Positions 1 to 12,569 of a DNA stretch of 64,000 bases are shown here, piece after piece. Source of the DNA: Bugula neritina (lineage: Eukaryota > Animalia > Bryozoa); the NCBI GenBank assembly GCA_964035545.1, contig OZ037767.1, forward strand, positions 19,484,628 through 19,548,627, given 5' to 3'. A program made the translations under genes and the position numbers. Within the stretch, counting starts at the first letter, position 1. Each line of letters starts with the position of its first letter. A model generated the notes under the pieces. It was given only the letters and a program-made list of their open reading frames with translations, was not told where the DNA came from and searched no databases.

Positions 1-6
1 GCCTAC

Positions 7-3000
7 CTTGATTTTGTTTCCAACTACAACTTTTACATCAGTTCTGTCGAGACCCATTTTCAGAGCTCTTTGCACTACATCACTATCCCATCTGGGTCTC
101 ATCATCCTGGTAGTTACTATCTACAATGTGTAAGTTTGTTACATGCTTCTAGGGAAAACTTTGAAATACTTTGTGATGCATCAAAAATATAAACATTTCT
201 TTTAGAAAAAAAGGGATTAACATATTTATTGTCAACTGCAGTAATGTTTTGCTAGTTTTACATTTACTTTTCCTATATTTGAATGCAGCTTATGCTATTT
301 TTATATGCTCTATTTTTCAACAATAAAAAACATAGCTTACAGAAAACTACATAATTCGCATTATTATGAACTAATTGCTTTTTAATTTGACTCCTGGGTT
401 ACTAGTATTCCAAGTTAGAATCTTCTAGTCTGCTGAATGTCTTGCTTATGCAACAGTTTTATAAGCTCCATGTACCAAAAAGCTGATGATTTATATGGCC
501 AAATTTCGCAACATCAATTGAGAAAAAAAGAACTTTACTTGTAAATTCCTTGCTGAAGAATTTAGATAAATCCTACTCCAGATAACTTGAACATAGAGAA
601 TATCTATCGTGAAAAATGCACTTTGACACAACCTTCAACCTTCCATTTTACTAGTCATACATCTGCTTTACCAGAGCTTTATCAAGTAAAATATGTGTAA
701 GTTTTACTCACAGAAATCTTGTCTTCTGGTTCTCCTTCCCTGTACACACCAAACTCTTCTACCACGGAACTTATGTACTCTCTTCCTTTCTCCTGGACTA
801 TGAACTGACATTTACCAGATGTCCTGGCATGTCTCTGGAATGGATCTTCATTTGTTCTCCAATTCGCAGACACACACCCACAATAAAAGCACGTCACAGC
901 ACCGTCAGCACCTCCTAAAAACAAGCATTGTTCCACAACAACTATAGGTTCTCCTAATAGTGCTATATCATATTTTTGAGTTGGTTAATTATCTCCCCTT
1001 GCTAGTATATGCACATAGGAGGCACAACTCTATTTATGTAAATTAGCTGCCACAGTATAAGTATAGAAGTGTAGAAGCGAGCAGTCGTAGTCCAGGGGTT
1101 AAAGTGTTTGACTAAGCAAGCACAGAGTCATGAGTTTGAGCCCGACAAAGGCCATTAGTGAGGTGTGGAAGAGCATCCAGTCATAATTGCTCCTATGGCA
1201 CCTGGAAATGAATAAGTCCTTAACCTGAGTACAAAAAACCTTTCCATCAGGAGTTCTCACATGGATGGCTACTATAAACTTATATGTAGGTGTGGCCTGC
1301 ATGATGAAGAGGATTAGTATAAGAAGTATATTATAAGAGAGTGAGTGCAAATAGATTGCAGGACCATAGCTTGTGCACATACTTAGTTACTCAATAAATA
1401 CATAACTTGTATATACAGAGAGATCATGAATGAGTTGAGAATCCTAATAAGAATGTATTGTAGAGAGTGCTCCATCCAAGATTCTAAAATGAGGAGCACC
1501 ACCAGATGGATAACCTAACCCAGAGTTCTAACTTTTTTAACAGATCGTCAGGAGCTGGAGTTACCAAGCAACTCGTACCCATACCAATACACCGACCACT
1601 AAGCTAACCTGGAGGCTACAATATGATATTCTATTTTGTGGATTAATTGAATAGCATAAAAACTTTTAATGCCACGTTGTAGCAACAGTAAAACTAGACA
1701 AATTTTGAAACACTTTCACTACCAATTATTTTAGCTCGTTAGAAACTTTAAGGGGTTGTTGTATTTATTCAAAGCTACTTCTAGTATGTATACAAATAAT
1801 ACTAAGAAATATATTACGTTTAGAAGATAGACCTATTATATAATTTAATTATTTGGCTGACATACCTTGAAAAAAGTAGCCGGCTTGACACAGTTTCTCA
1901 ATCATTAGCTTCTGGGGGTAAGAAAGAAGAGTCTGCAGACGTCTCTCTGCAACAGCAAACTCGGGAAACCTGGCTAACTGAGATCTAATACCAAGATGGG
2001 TGGTGTCCACTGAGGGCGGCAGCGGCTTCCACCCCCAACAAGCAGTGTTGAGCACATCAGGTATGTTTACCTGCTGCCTCACTATTCCTGTCAGCATGGG
2101 GCAGCATAGAGAGTGAGATTGATGCTCTTGTGTTACAAAGATACTCTGACAAGTATCTCTAGACAGCGGCATCGTGAAGTTACAGAATGCACAGCACATC
2201 GTCTCTCCTCTTATACTTGGAGCTAAAAGTTTAAAACTCGATTTTAAATGCTAAAGTCATTTGGAGTTTGAAAAGACGCTAAAGCAAACTATTATGGCGT
2301 CATGGCAAAGTTATAGTTTTACGGCAATATGATTTTATTCCAAATACATTATAATAGAATGTTAAACATTTAAATCAACTGATATGCTGTATACTATTGT
2401 ATTCCATTGTGTACATTTTAAATAAAGTCCATCCGCCGCCATGTCCCACAACTGGTCTCTCATCATTGGATCAGCATACAGACTACTATTAGAAAAAGTC
2501 TTTCTTCTTGCAGCCTCTAATTTCATATCCTTAGACAGGTCTTTTTCTGTTTTTGAAATATTTTCTAGTTTCGTTTCAGTACTAAAAGGAAAATAGTTAT
2601 TGCCAAACATGATATTGCATACCTTACTAATTTTACAATAATGACTATAAGTTAAAAAAACAAGGAAATCGGAAAGTTCCAAATTACAAAATAACTATTC
2701 ATTACTTCCACATCTACAGGGAAAATAGGTGGAATGCTAAATTGGGCAATGAATAATTTTATATCCCTATAGAGTACTTTAGAAAATAACTTTATTTGCT
2801 AGTGGTTGTTTATGTAGTGCTGAGTTTACCCAGTGGCCACTGTGGTGTAATTGGTTAGTGTGCCTGCTTGCCATCCGGAAGTCTGTGGTTCGAGTCCCAG
2901 TAGTAGCAATTATTTTACAGTTTATTTGGATGATTGAGCATAACTATATAGATTATAGTGTCTTACTAGACTAGTAGTAGCTGTGAATAGTGAATACTTG

Positions 3001-4702
3001 TGTGAGGTATTTTTCATTTAGTAAGCTAATAAATGAGGTGGGATGACTCACTTTCTCTGAGCATACTTGAGGTACGTTTGTTGAGAATTCTCACATTGGT
3101 CACTGCTGACTTCATCGCTGCCATTTACTGTCAACACAGATGCCTCCGATGCCGAACATCTAGCCACTGAAGCCTCATCTATCAATAATATACATTAGTT
3201 CAAATTAAATTAGTTTAGATATTTTATGGAGTATCATGTGAATATTTTTATTGCGTATTTAACACGTTATCAAGTTGAGTCGCAGAGAAAGAGTGAGTGA
3301 CATTATGTATTGAAAACACAAGCTTTACATAGCTTTTTCTTTTAAGGCCTGTATAACAATGATTAAGCTATAATGCAATATATGAATATACAACATTCTA
3401 TTTACTAATAAACAGAGCTCGTGACCCTAATTTATACAACAGTGTAATAATGTCATAAGGTCATAAGTTCTCAGTGACGGACTTTATCATGATTGCTGTA
3501 ATAATGTAAAAACCCAGTGATAGTAACTAAACTTTTAGTAATTTACTGATATTGCGTCTACATGCACTGTCTAGAAGTAACTGGAAGTCAAATTAAACTG
3601 CAGTCAACTTTAATGTTCGTCAGCTAAAGTTTCACCATAATTGTTTTCATTTGGTCAAATCATCTGTTGCTTATTCAAACCTTTGACAAACAAATATGTC
3701 ATACCCGTTGACAAAAGAAAAGCTTGTCATGTTTCATTCAACTGTCAGAACAAGTTTCCGTGCTATTAGGTTCTTTCTAATTGGTGCTAAAAGTTATGAG
3801 CATAGTTTTGGCTCTTAGATTATCCAGTCAATCAAAACAGATACAGTCTCTTCATGTATTGTTTTGTATACCTGTAACATCAGTGTCTATGCGCTAATAC
3901 TATGTAATTATATCTACAAACCTATATGCAACTTTCCTGGTCTCCTTGAGTTTTCTAATTGTTTCAAAAACAGACATTTTCCTCTGCTACGTTGATAGTG
4001 AAAAGCAAGAGGGTCAAAATACTGCCTGAACTTTGCCGAGAAGCGGAGACCACAGTAGGTGCAGGTGATGAGCCCACCCTCACTGTTGACATAGCTGAAC
4101 CCTGCTGAGGCTAATTCAATGACAGGCACCTTGTCAATGTGATGGCCAACGTAGGTGATCAGCTTTGCTACAACACCAACACAAAACAGGTATTGATATT
4201 ATCGCAGTAAGTAATTCTACCACAAAAAATGATAAGGCAAGAAAAAAGAATATGGAAGTTACGGTATGGTTGTGTTGGAATGTATTGGTAACCTCTGCGT
4301 CACTTACCTACGGCTACTGTGTTATTATCATTCTCATCATTCTTTTTCCGTTTCTTTTTTGGTTTTGGAAAGTCCACTTTAACAATTATGAGACAATATT
4401 GTGAGCATTCAAGAGACAGTATGAGTATAATATAGCTTATCTTTACATGCTATAATAATAGCAGATGTGTAGGAATTCATTGGATGCAAAACATATACTT
4501 TATTTAAATGTGACATAAAAATAAAACACCCGTGTATTAAACAAGAAGCAAGAGCAATCTATAACTGAGATCCAACACTACCAACTATTTCTTGGTGGTC
4601 ATTACAAACTGATTTAAGGACAAGCACCCAAAAGCAATCATGTGTGTGTGTTAGAGTAAGTATTATGTACTCACGGCAGTGTTGAGTTTGCTTCAAATAC
4701 AT
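7..4702 (-). CDS. Inhibitor of apoptosis protein (3 BIR domains + UBA; XIAP/cIAP-like); 3' end lies outside the window
   Basis: Phase-consistent GT-AG exons: 4702-4675, 4376-4308, 4167-3922, 3178-3052, 2581-2415, 2222-1866, 914-712, 120-7. Three BIR zinc motifs: LASAGFSY..CTYC..H..C; MAADGLY..CAFC..H..C; LCQAGYFF..CFYC..W...EDPFQRH..C. Exon 120-7 reads SDVVQRALKMGLDRTDVKVVVGNKIK, similar to the cIAP/XIAP UBA domain. The first two small exons are less certain. Confidence 0.88.
1081..1200 (+). mobile_element. tRNA-derived SINE-like fragment in an IAP intron
   Basis: A-box-like TAGTCCAGGGG and B-box-like GAGTTTGAGCCC with tRNA spacing, followed by non-tRNA body sequence. Boundaries are approximate. 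Confidence 0.4.
2813..2915 (+). mobile_element. tRNA(Gly-GCC)-like degenerate repeat / SINE head
   Basis: A box TGGTGTAATTGG, anticodon-like loop TTGCCAT, B box GGTTCGAGTCC, imperfect stems (2836-2908). The same upstream flank TGTAGTGYTGAGTTWACCCAGT precedes related copies at ~8355-8440 and ~23187-23270. Confidence 0.55.
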
Positions 4703-4778
4703 CAGCTATAAGAAACCTCATTGACATATCTATGTAAAGCCGATGAGTGGAGTGTGAGCGATCGTGGTTAGTGCTAAT

Positions 4779-4861
4779 ATTTATACCTCGTCACGCTCCA
4801 CTAAGAAGATAATATTATTGGTTTTTCCACACGCAGTAATTTTTGTTGAATGGGGAATTCC
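4779..4861 (-). promoter_or_regulatory. Putative IAP promoter: TATA box plus NF-kB-type site
   Basis: TATAAAT on the minus strand at 4785-4779, ~80 bp upstream of the predicted ATG. GGGGAATTCC at 4852-4861 fits GGGRNWYYCC. Confidence 0.45.
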
Positions 4862-6217
4862 AGATCGTTACAGTTTAAACTAGATGGGCCGGGAATAGCT
4901 ATGGAACACTTGAACACGCATTGTATGGCTGAATTAATGTCTAGATCCGTACAACAGTTTGGCAAATAAAACGGAAATGTAACAAACAATAAATATAAAA
5001 ACACAACAATTGATTTTTAATGAATAAGAACACGGGAATAAGCTAAAAGCAGAATCACTCTTCCTTCAGAAAACATTACCAGGGAAGTATTGAATTCCCA
5101 ATGCCATTAATATTATTTATAGTCTGAAATATGCATGTATAATGACATTAACAATGCACTACTAATTTAAAATCCATCAAACTGTTAACTTGCAAATCTA
5201 ACATAAGCTAAAGGCAGGTTACCTCTGAAGCAAGGAAGGACATCCAGTCATTTTAATGTGACTTTAACTTGTCATCATAATTTTTATGCAACTAAGTTCA
5301 TCATGATTTCAATGTGACTAATGTTATCATTTATTCTTTTTACACAATTGATTGGAATCACAATTACTTGATGTACATAAATTATCATTTTATGGTGTTC
5401 CACAGCATATATTATTATTGTAAAGTTGAATTTATATGACCAACAATGCAATTTTACTGTTTAGATGTATTTATCTTTCAAGTTGCATACTGCTTCATAA
5501 CTTTCCACACAATGCGTGCTTTATAATTTTTACGATATGATTACAAAGTTCTTTATTCTAGAAATTACTGTTTTTATTGAAAAGCTAGAAGCAACTTTAA
5601 GTTCATTTTAGAATTCAATTTGGTATTGAGTCTCTTAATATTGCATATATGATAAAAAAGATACATTAGTACTTTTTATTACTTGATTCATCTAGGCCTA
5701 TAAGTTACTACTAAGTTACTACCCATGTTAGTATGCATAATGTATGAGAACACAACTTTGGTGTCCATAATTGAAATTTATTATATTTATCATTATCTTA
5801 AAAAATATTTATATATACTATAGATTAGAAATTTTTTCTAATGAGATAAAAAGAAACAATATTATAATGCTGTTTGTACAGAATTCATAAAAAACTAAAA
5901 AAATTGTTTTATAATATTTAAGTTGATCTTGCTCTCTCCTCCAGTCTGGTATGTTGTAAACACAGCTTTTCTTTCAACTATTCTTATTCCTATAAGTATC
6001 TAAAACAAAAGAAAAATATTGAAAATACTATGCCATCTTACAGAATTTAATTTTCAATAATTTCGATCGGTAAAATATCAAGATTCCAAAGATAACCAAC
6101 TTGTAAGAAGATGCGATGACAAGGATGTTATATTGATAAGCTATATTAATTAAATAAAAAAGTGAGTTATATAGCTATTCATACCACCTACACTGTGTCA
6201 ATGTCTCAAGTCTTCTA

Positions 6218-7429
6218 TTATTTTTGCAACTCGGGCCATAGTGGCAGCAATAAAAACTGTATTATGAGACTCAGCCCGCATATGCCAACAGCGAACTTTT
6301 GTTTTTCACCTCCATTTATGCCTTGCGATTCTCTTCGATTTCTACAACAGAAGCAAAGCTGTAGAATTTTTCTTATTCATGCAGATACATTTTATTAAGT
6401 TTATGACTGGAATTAAACAAATTATAGGCATTTTTCAATCTACTTTAGCTAAAATATAACCAACAAAACAAACAAGCAAAAATATGTATATATAGTTTGC
6501 TAATAATTGCACGTCACAGGTTTTTACACAATATTTGTACTTAAAGAAATGTAGCCCACCTTTTAGAATTTTCCTTGACATCATTATAGTGTTTATCAGT
6601 AGGTATTTGTGTGGTTTGGGCTATGCTTACAGAGACTGTAGTCACAGCAGACGGAGTAGAAGATGCACTCTTTTCAAGGTCACATGTCTGATTATGGAAT
6701 TTAAACTCTAAAAGAAGAAAACAACTTTTTCAACCTTGACATAAACAAAAAAATTCTTTAGAGCTGTGATATCATATTGATGCTGTGTTAGTGATTTACA
6801 CAGCCAGTCTACTAACTCCTAAGTGTGTATATAGATAAGATTCATTTTATTGCTTATAATAATGTAAACACTCTAGAGTCTAGTGTATCCATAGTGTAAG
6901 GGACAAGCTACTCTATATTCTATTACTATGTGTATACTTCACTGACCTTTGCAATACTTTAAGAATCTATAGTATGCGGACTGTCTATAAGTTGCCTTTG
7001 AGAGAGTTAGACAAGATTCCACAATACTAGATGTGGATCCAAAGGTGGGTGGTCTCACCACACACTCCCTGTAGAACTTTGGATGCTTCACTTCTTTAAT
7101 GTGTTCTCTGACACATAAGTAATCGAAAAAGTTACAAAGATAGTCATCAGTAGGATAGGCAGCAGAACTGGCAGCATGAGCAAAGGCTGGTATCAGCACC
7201 AGCAGTGCCTGAATAATAAAAAAATCAAAGTTGTAAATAAATAATGCATACTTTAATATTATTTACATTCTACAACATTTTAGCTATGATATAAAAGTGT
7301 ATACTCTCTGTTAGTATCAATAGTAATATTGACCTATAAATGATCATTGATTTCTTACAAGAAATAAGTTTGAGTGCTTACCAATTTAAGAAGATTTTGT
7401 TGGCACAAGCTATTAAAACTGCTAGTCAT
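6218..7429 (-). CDS. Cysteine-containing cell-surface protein, paralog 1 (~193 aa): signal peptide, Cys domain, S/T stalk, C-terminal hydrophobic segment
   Basis: Exons 7429-7382, 7208-6947, 6707-6560, 6341-6218 join in frame with GT-AG sites. Translation: MTSSFNSLCQQNLLKLALLVLIPAFAHAASS...LKYCKEFKFHNQTCDL...KFAVGICGLSLIIQFLLLPLWPELQK*. Frame and all splice sites are conserved in paralog 2. Confidence 0.72.
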
Positions 7430-8354
7430 GTTGATGCTGTTTTAATACTACTTGTATAACTGGTGATTAAGCTTCAAATGTCATAGCTTACCGATCACGC
7501 GCAGTAAGCATGGATGTATCCATTATATATATATATTATAGAAAATCCCTGAAACTCATATTTCTTCATTATATCTTCAGAGTAGTTGGAACAAAAATAG
7601 TTTCACCATATGAGGGGAATTATATAATCTTTTGTTCCTTTTCAAAGCTAATACCCAATAATGAAGTGGCATGACTATAAACTATGCACTTAGGCTAAGA
7701 ATGTTCAATTCATTCAGAAGTCTAGCATATATATATCTTGGGATTTTGGTACTTTAGAGTATTGATTTACAACGCAATAAATAAGAAAATATTTCTATAT
7801 TGATACTCTCAGCTTTACAGCATTTCGTCACGAGTTGTTTACATTAACAACGCATATTGCTAAAAGTTTTGATTAATGGAGTGGTGTTTTCCATAAACAT
7901 TACTTAATTACTAGGAAAAATTCCTTTCCACAACCTATAACAATAGATAGAATGATTGCATACAGTTATTGTCACAGTTAACAATGTTTACTATACAAAT
8001 ACATTTTTTGTTTAATAACTTTAAAAGATGTTTACATCATTAACAAAACATTAGCATCAGTTCCTTATAATAAAGAATCAAGTTTACAATAATAAAAAGG
8101 CAGATCTTAAAATGGTGAGATTTGAAGATTACTTAGTAAAAAAGTTTCTACATAGAAAAAAAAATTCCAGTTGTACAACAAAAACTTCAATTTATTTTAT
8201 TACAGCAATCTCTAAATATAGGTTTCATAAAATATTTTGCTTACAGGATTGCCAATGTACTTGCGAATCTCAGCAGCATTATTTGTTAGATGTTTATAAC
8301 TGCTCGCAACTTTCTGATGGGTCTGCTATTTGCATGGCAGATAGTCGTATGGAC

Positions 8355-8440
8355 TGTAGTGTTGAGTTAACCCAGTAGTCTCTGTGGTGTAATGGTTAGC
8401 TAGCCTTAGGTTCGAATCCCAGTGGGAGCAATGCTTTTCT
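8355..8440 (+). mobile_element. tRNA-like SINE head, internally deleted
   Basis: TGGTGTAATGGTTAG and GGTTCGAATCCC boxes. Same family as 2813-2915; paralogous copy at ~23187-23270. Confidence 0.5.
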
Positions 8441-8672
8441 ATATGAACGGAATTGTGGTTATGGTAGCAGTTTCATTTGATTGACACTGTGCCATGGTTC
8501 TAATGTAAATTACACTCACATAATGAGTATGAGAATCCAGAGTTACTGTTGTATGCCCAGTAGTTTGGTCTTGACATAAGCTCTAGATTGTATAGACTCT
8601 CTAAGTACTGCATACTAATATTTCAAACCATGTGCCATAGTTGTAGTAAAAGTACACTTATCACCTTATGTT

Positions 8673-8800
8673 TGTAAGATGATCTGATGTTGACAAGCTA
8701 CAAGCTAGCAAGTACTAAAGCTACTGACAAGTGATAGCCGAAGGAAAGCCAACAAGGAACACTCTGGAGCTAGAGCTTAGCCTGGTAGGTTAACACTACA
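8673..8800 (+). repeat. 5' LTR
   Basis: Identical to 11207-11334; starts TGT and ends ACA. Confidence 0.96.
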
Positions 8801-8818
8801 TGGCGCAGTCGGCAGGAT
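8801..8818 (+). other. Primer binding site complementary to a tRNA-Ser 3' end
   Basis: TGGCGCAGTCGGCAGGAT is the reverse complement of ATCCTGCCGACTGCG-CCA, matching the 3' end typical of metazoan tRNA-Ser. Confidence 0.8.
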
Positions 8819-9126
8819 ATTGAGGAGACAAGAGTTACAAAAGAGAGAAGTGTGTTGTTTGGAGTTCACTAGACTTCAGAGGTTTATATTTGAGAAAAAG
8901 AGTTGAGAGGCTTGTTGAGAAAGGTGGTGAGTGTTGACTTTTGAGCAATTTATAAATAATACTAATATATTCAGAATAAGAGTGCCGGCGAAAGGAACTG
9001 AGAATTAAACTTTGAGAGACACGGATGCGCCCAGGGATTGAAACTGAGAGTACAGTGCATAATCACGAGATAGCTACTTAAAATTAAATTGTTTTATTTA
9101 CTCTATTAAAACTGCTTAAGTGTAGT

Positions 9127-10500
9127 ATGGCTCATGAAGACATCAAATTAGACCTTAATGCTTTTCCTAAATTAAAGTTGGATGAAAGCAACATAACCAA
9201 ATCTTGGAACTCATGGCTCATTCAATTTAAATTGAGTATAGAAGTTACTTCCCTTAATGCAGGGTTTGAAGTAGTAGGGGATGAACAGGTTAGCAAATTT
9301 AGAGGTAGGAGAAAGCTTTTAGCTCTGTTAGGAGCTGTAGGGCCAGAAGGTCTTGATACTTTACAGTCATTAGGTTTTGATTTAAATAATAACTCTGATG
9401 ATGGATATGAGTTAGCCTTAGACTTACTGCAATCTCACTATAATAGAGATGATACATTTTATGTGAAAACCATGAAGTTTGTCACTGTGACCCAAGCTTG
9501 TGGAGAAAACGAAATTGATTATTTGCTAAGAGTTGAGAAGCTAAGTAGAGCAATAAACTTTGGCAATAATGATGATGTTAGAATGGGATTTGCAGTTGCG
9601 CTAGCAGTTAATGGTCTAAGAAATGCAGGATTACGTAGACATTTGTTGCAGCATGCTAATCTAAGCTGGGAACAGCTGAAAAGGAAAAGTCGTGCTGCAC
9701 ATTTAAGTAAACTTTCCGAGGATGCTTTAAATGCAATAAACAATGAATGCATAGATGAACAGTCAATTGGTAGACTCACATATTCTTACCGAGCTAATGG
9801 TAGCTCAGAACATTGTAAGAAAAGAGATAAAGTTCTACATAGATCTAATTATGATAAGACCATTTCTATCAATAGAGACAACTCTTTTTCAAAGAAAAAA
9901 GAGGCATGTCATTCATATCAACATTGTAGTTATAAATTGCAAAATGCTTACAAAAGTCATGGCAGATGCTTTAGATGTGACCGTACAGGACATTATGTGA
10001 GAAACTGTCCTAAAACCCGTTGCTACATGTGCAAGGAATTCGGCCACATTGCTCAAGATTGTTCTGATAACAAAAGATACCATCACAAAAAGAGATATGT
10101 GGAACAGAGAGAAAACAGGATCGGAGTTATGGACTCCCTAAAATCAGTGAAGTTTTCTAAAAAGAGTGATGGGACTTATAATCACAATGTCAGTCCTAAA
10201 ATAACAAGGACTTTACTAGTTAGTGGTAGGCGTGTAGAATTCTTGCTAGATACTGGGTCTAAAGTTTCTACACTTACTGAGGCGACTGCAGAAAAGTTGA
10301 ACATTAAATTAAAGGAACCAGATAAGCATATTACAGGTGTTGATAAGTCTTTGGTGAATGTGCTAGGCAGAGCTAAGGTTTGCATTGGCTACTTCAACAG
10401 ATTTGTGGATACCAAGATTTATGTATTGCCAAACTCTACTGAAAATTTGCTTGGTATAGCTGATATTACTAGGTTAAAATTGCTGGATCTACAATGTTGA
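9127..10500 (+). CDS. gag: Retrotransposon Gag-protease polyprotein (457 aa)
   Basis: Two CCHC knuckles (CFRCDRTGHYVRNC, CYMCKEFGHIAQDC) and retropepsin motifs FLLDTGS and NLLGIAD. The stop follows directly after the protease. Confidence 0.92.
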   Translation: MAHEDIKLDLNAFPKLKLDESNITKSWNSWLIQFKLSIEVTSLNAGFEVVGDEQVSKFRGRRKLLALLGAVGPEGLDTLQSLGFDLNNNSDDGYELALDLLQSHYNRDDTFYVKTMKFVTVTQACGENEIDYLLRVEKLSRAINFGNNDDVRMGFAVALAVNGLRNAGLRRHLLQHANLSWEQLKRKSRAAHLSKLSEDALNAINNECIDEQSIGRLTYSYRANGSSEHCKKRDKVLHRSNYDKTISINRDNSFSKKKEACHSYQHCSYKLQNAYKSHGRCFRCDRTGHYVRNCPKTRCYMCKEFGHIAQDCSDNKRYHHKKRYVEQRENRIGVMDSLKSVKFSKKSDGTYNHNVSPKITRTLLVSGRRVEFLLDTGSKVSTLTEATAEKLNIKLKEPDKHITGVDKSLVNVLGRAKVCIGYFNRFVDTKIYVLPNSTENLLGIADITRLKLLDLQC

Positions 10501-11206
10501 TATAAAATGATACATGTGTGTTGTAGATATGGAAAAGTGTGTTGATGTTCACTGTAATGATATAAACACATTATTGCAGTGGAATACTAAGGAATGACAG
10601 GCAGAAGCAGTTACCACTAATGTTGTGTGCTCCTGTGAGTTTAACTCATGGAAGACTCTGTAAGCCGGCGAGAGAAGTCAGTTGTGACCCTCGCTGTTGC
10701 TTCACGGGGTGTGAGCCGAGTGTAGTCTATATGCAGACCCTCGACATCTCACTTTCAGATAATATGATAAATGTGAGGTTTGACCTCAGTACTGACATGA
10801 CATCAACATTGCCAATAATGTTGTCTGCTCCTGTGAGTTCTTTAGTTTAACTCATAGAAGACTCTGCAAGCTAGCAAGAGAAGTCAGCCTTGACCCTTGC
10901 TGCTACTTCACTTGCAGCTAATATGATAAATGTCAAATTTGGCATTGTTCTTCCCAACAGTGCTAGCAATGCGAGGAGGTGGGATTCGACATCTAGGACT
11001 GAGCCACTTTGAACCACTTCATAATAAGTTTAAGTATTCAAGGGCATTAGTTGAAAGCTAGTTTTGTTTGAATTGATTGCACTTCTCTTTTAAAAGAAAA
11101 GGGCATGTGGAATTATTAGCATCATGATGATGATAATATAGATATGTGTTCTGGCATTCTGAAAATGTGCTCTTGTGCCCTGCTTCTCTTTTGTAAGGAG
11201 GGAGCA

Positions 11207-11334
11207 TGTAAGATGATCTGATGTTGACAAGCTACAAGCTAGCAAGTACTAAAGCTACTGACAAGTGATAGCCGAAGGAAAGCCAACAAGGAACACTCTG
11301 GAGCTAGAGCTTAGCCTGGTAGGTTAACACTACA
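11207..11334 (+). repeat. 3' LTR
   Basis: Identical to 8673-8800; preceded by the PPT. Confidence 0.96.
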
Positions 11335-12569
11335 ATGTTAAATTTCAAACTTTCGTTTATCAATTCTTTACCATGAACAATCAAATAAAAGCTTGATTTG
11401 AGTCAAGATTGGCAAATAATTGCTAACTTATAATTAATTCTGAAGACTTTGCTTCATTCATGTACTATAGAACTTAACACAATGCAGTTGACTTATTGTG
11501 AGCTTTTACAATTAAAGCTTTCAGTTTTATTTAATTGAAATTAAGATTACATATAGTCTAAGCTTGTTATTAGTGTAAACTACTTACTGGTGTAAACTGC
11601 TTACTTTTTTAATAGTCTAAAATCTGAACTGAAGAACTTTTCTATTATATTAAAAGAGTATAATACAGAAGGTTTATATCGAAGTTATGTTGACGGAACT
11701 AAGAAATTCTATATATCTAACCATAATAATTCAGCATAATCTGCAGAGAATCTATCAAGATTTGCAAAATACCCATATATAGTTGCCATATATCTCAGCA
11801 AACAACAAGACACAAATAGTTTTTAAAGGGAAAATCTAGCAGCTTCTATCTACTGCAGATTTGAGCCAGAAACTGAGAGTAAACATAAAAATAACGAAAC
11901 CAAATTGACAGGTGGCAATTAAAATGAAAACTTATATTTCAACTGAAACTATATTTTGCATACCAATCGATTTTTGACAATGACTCAAACTGATTAACAA
12001 TTGATGTCGGAAATATGGCAACTTTACTTTCAAATTTGCATCCAGATTTAATTCTTATAATGATAAGATGAATGTATAAATACATTTTTCTGTGACTAGC
12101 TTTGAAAATTTACTAATTTCCTTGATTAAACTTAAGCAGACATAAGTAAAACAGTTTTAATCACGTTTAATTGAAATCTACATGATACTTTTAATATAGT
12201 GACTAGAGAAGCAGATTAGTAAATAAAATATTTGTAAAGTTTGTTTGCTTAAAACTGTTGACTGTAATCTCTTGTGGTAACTTGCAGTACAACCTGCATT
12301 CTTATATACGTCTGTAGAATATGGTATGCGTTTATTTTATTCTCAATCGTGACAAGAACATTGTAAATGACTCTTTTTTCTACAGTCTACTTTAGTAGGC
12401 AGGTGAACATAGACATGTGCCCGAGCTAAAATATAGCGAACAGTTATATAAAGCAAAAAAATGAACGAACCCGACCCAAATGAAGTGCAGCCCCCCCCCC
12501 CTGCCCAATCTAGTGAAAAAGAAAACTTTATGATATTCAAATATTTATATAATATTAACTATTTAAGAT

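Larger units (their letters stand above)
8673..11334 (+). mobile_element. Non-autonomous LTR retrotransposon (Ty3/gypsy-type, Gag-protease only), 2662 bp
   Basis: Identical 128-bp TG..CA LTRs (8673-8800, 11207-11334). 5-bp TSD ATGTT (8668-8672, 11335-11339). PBS at 8801-8818. Polypurine tract AAGGAGGGAGCA at 11195-11206. Empty site visible in copy B at ~23499-23503. Confidence 0.96.

Noticed and set aside
2836-2908. Functional tRNA-Gly gene
   Set aside because: The T, anticodon and acceptor stems are mismatched, and related copies are internally deleted; it is better explained as a repeat-derived relic.
7490-7523. Alternative first coding exon (MDTSMLTARD) for paralog 1
   Set aside because: It is in the wrong phase for the next exon and its donor is deleted in paralog 2.
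10620-10850. 76-aa ORF as a pol or env remnant
   Set aside because: No RT, RNase H, integrase or env motifs; it overlaps the internally duplicated non-coding module.
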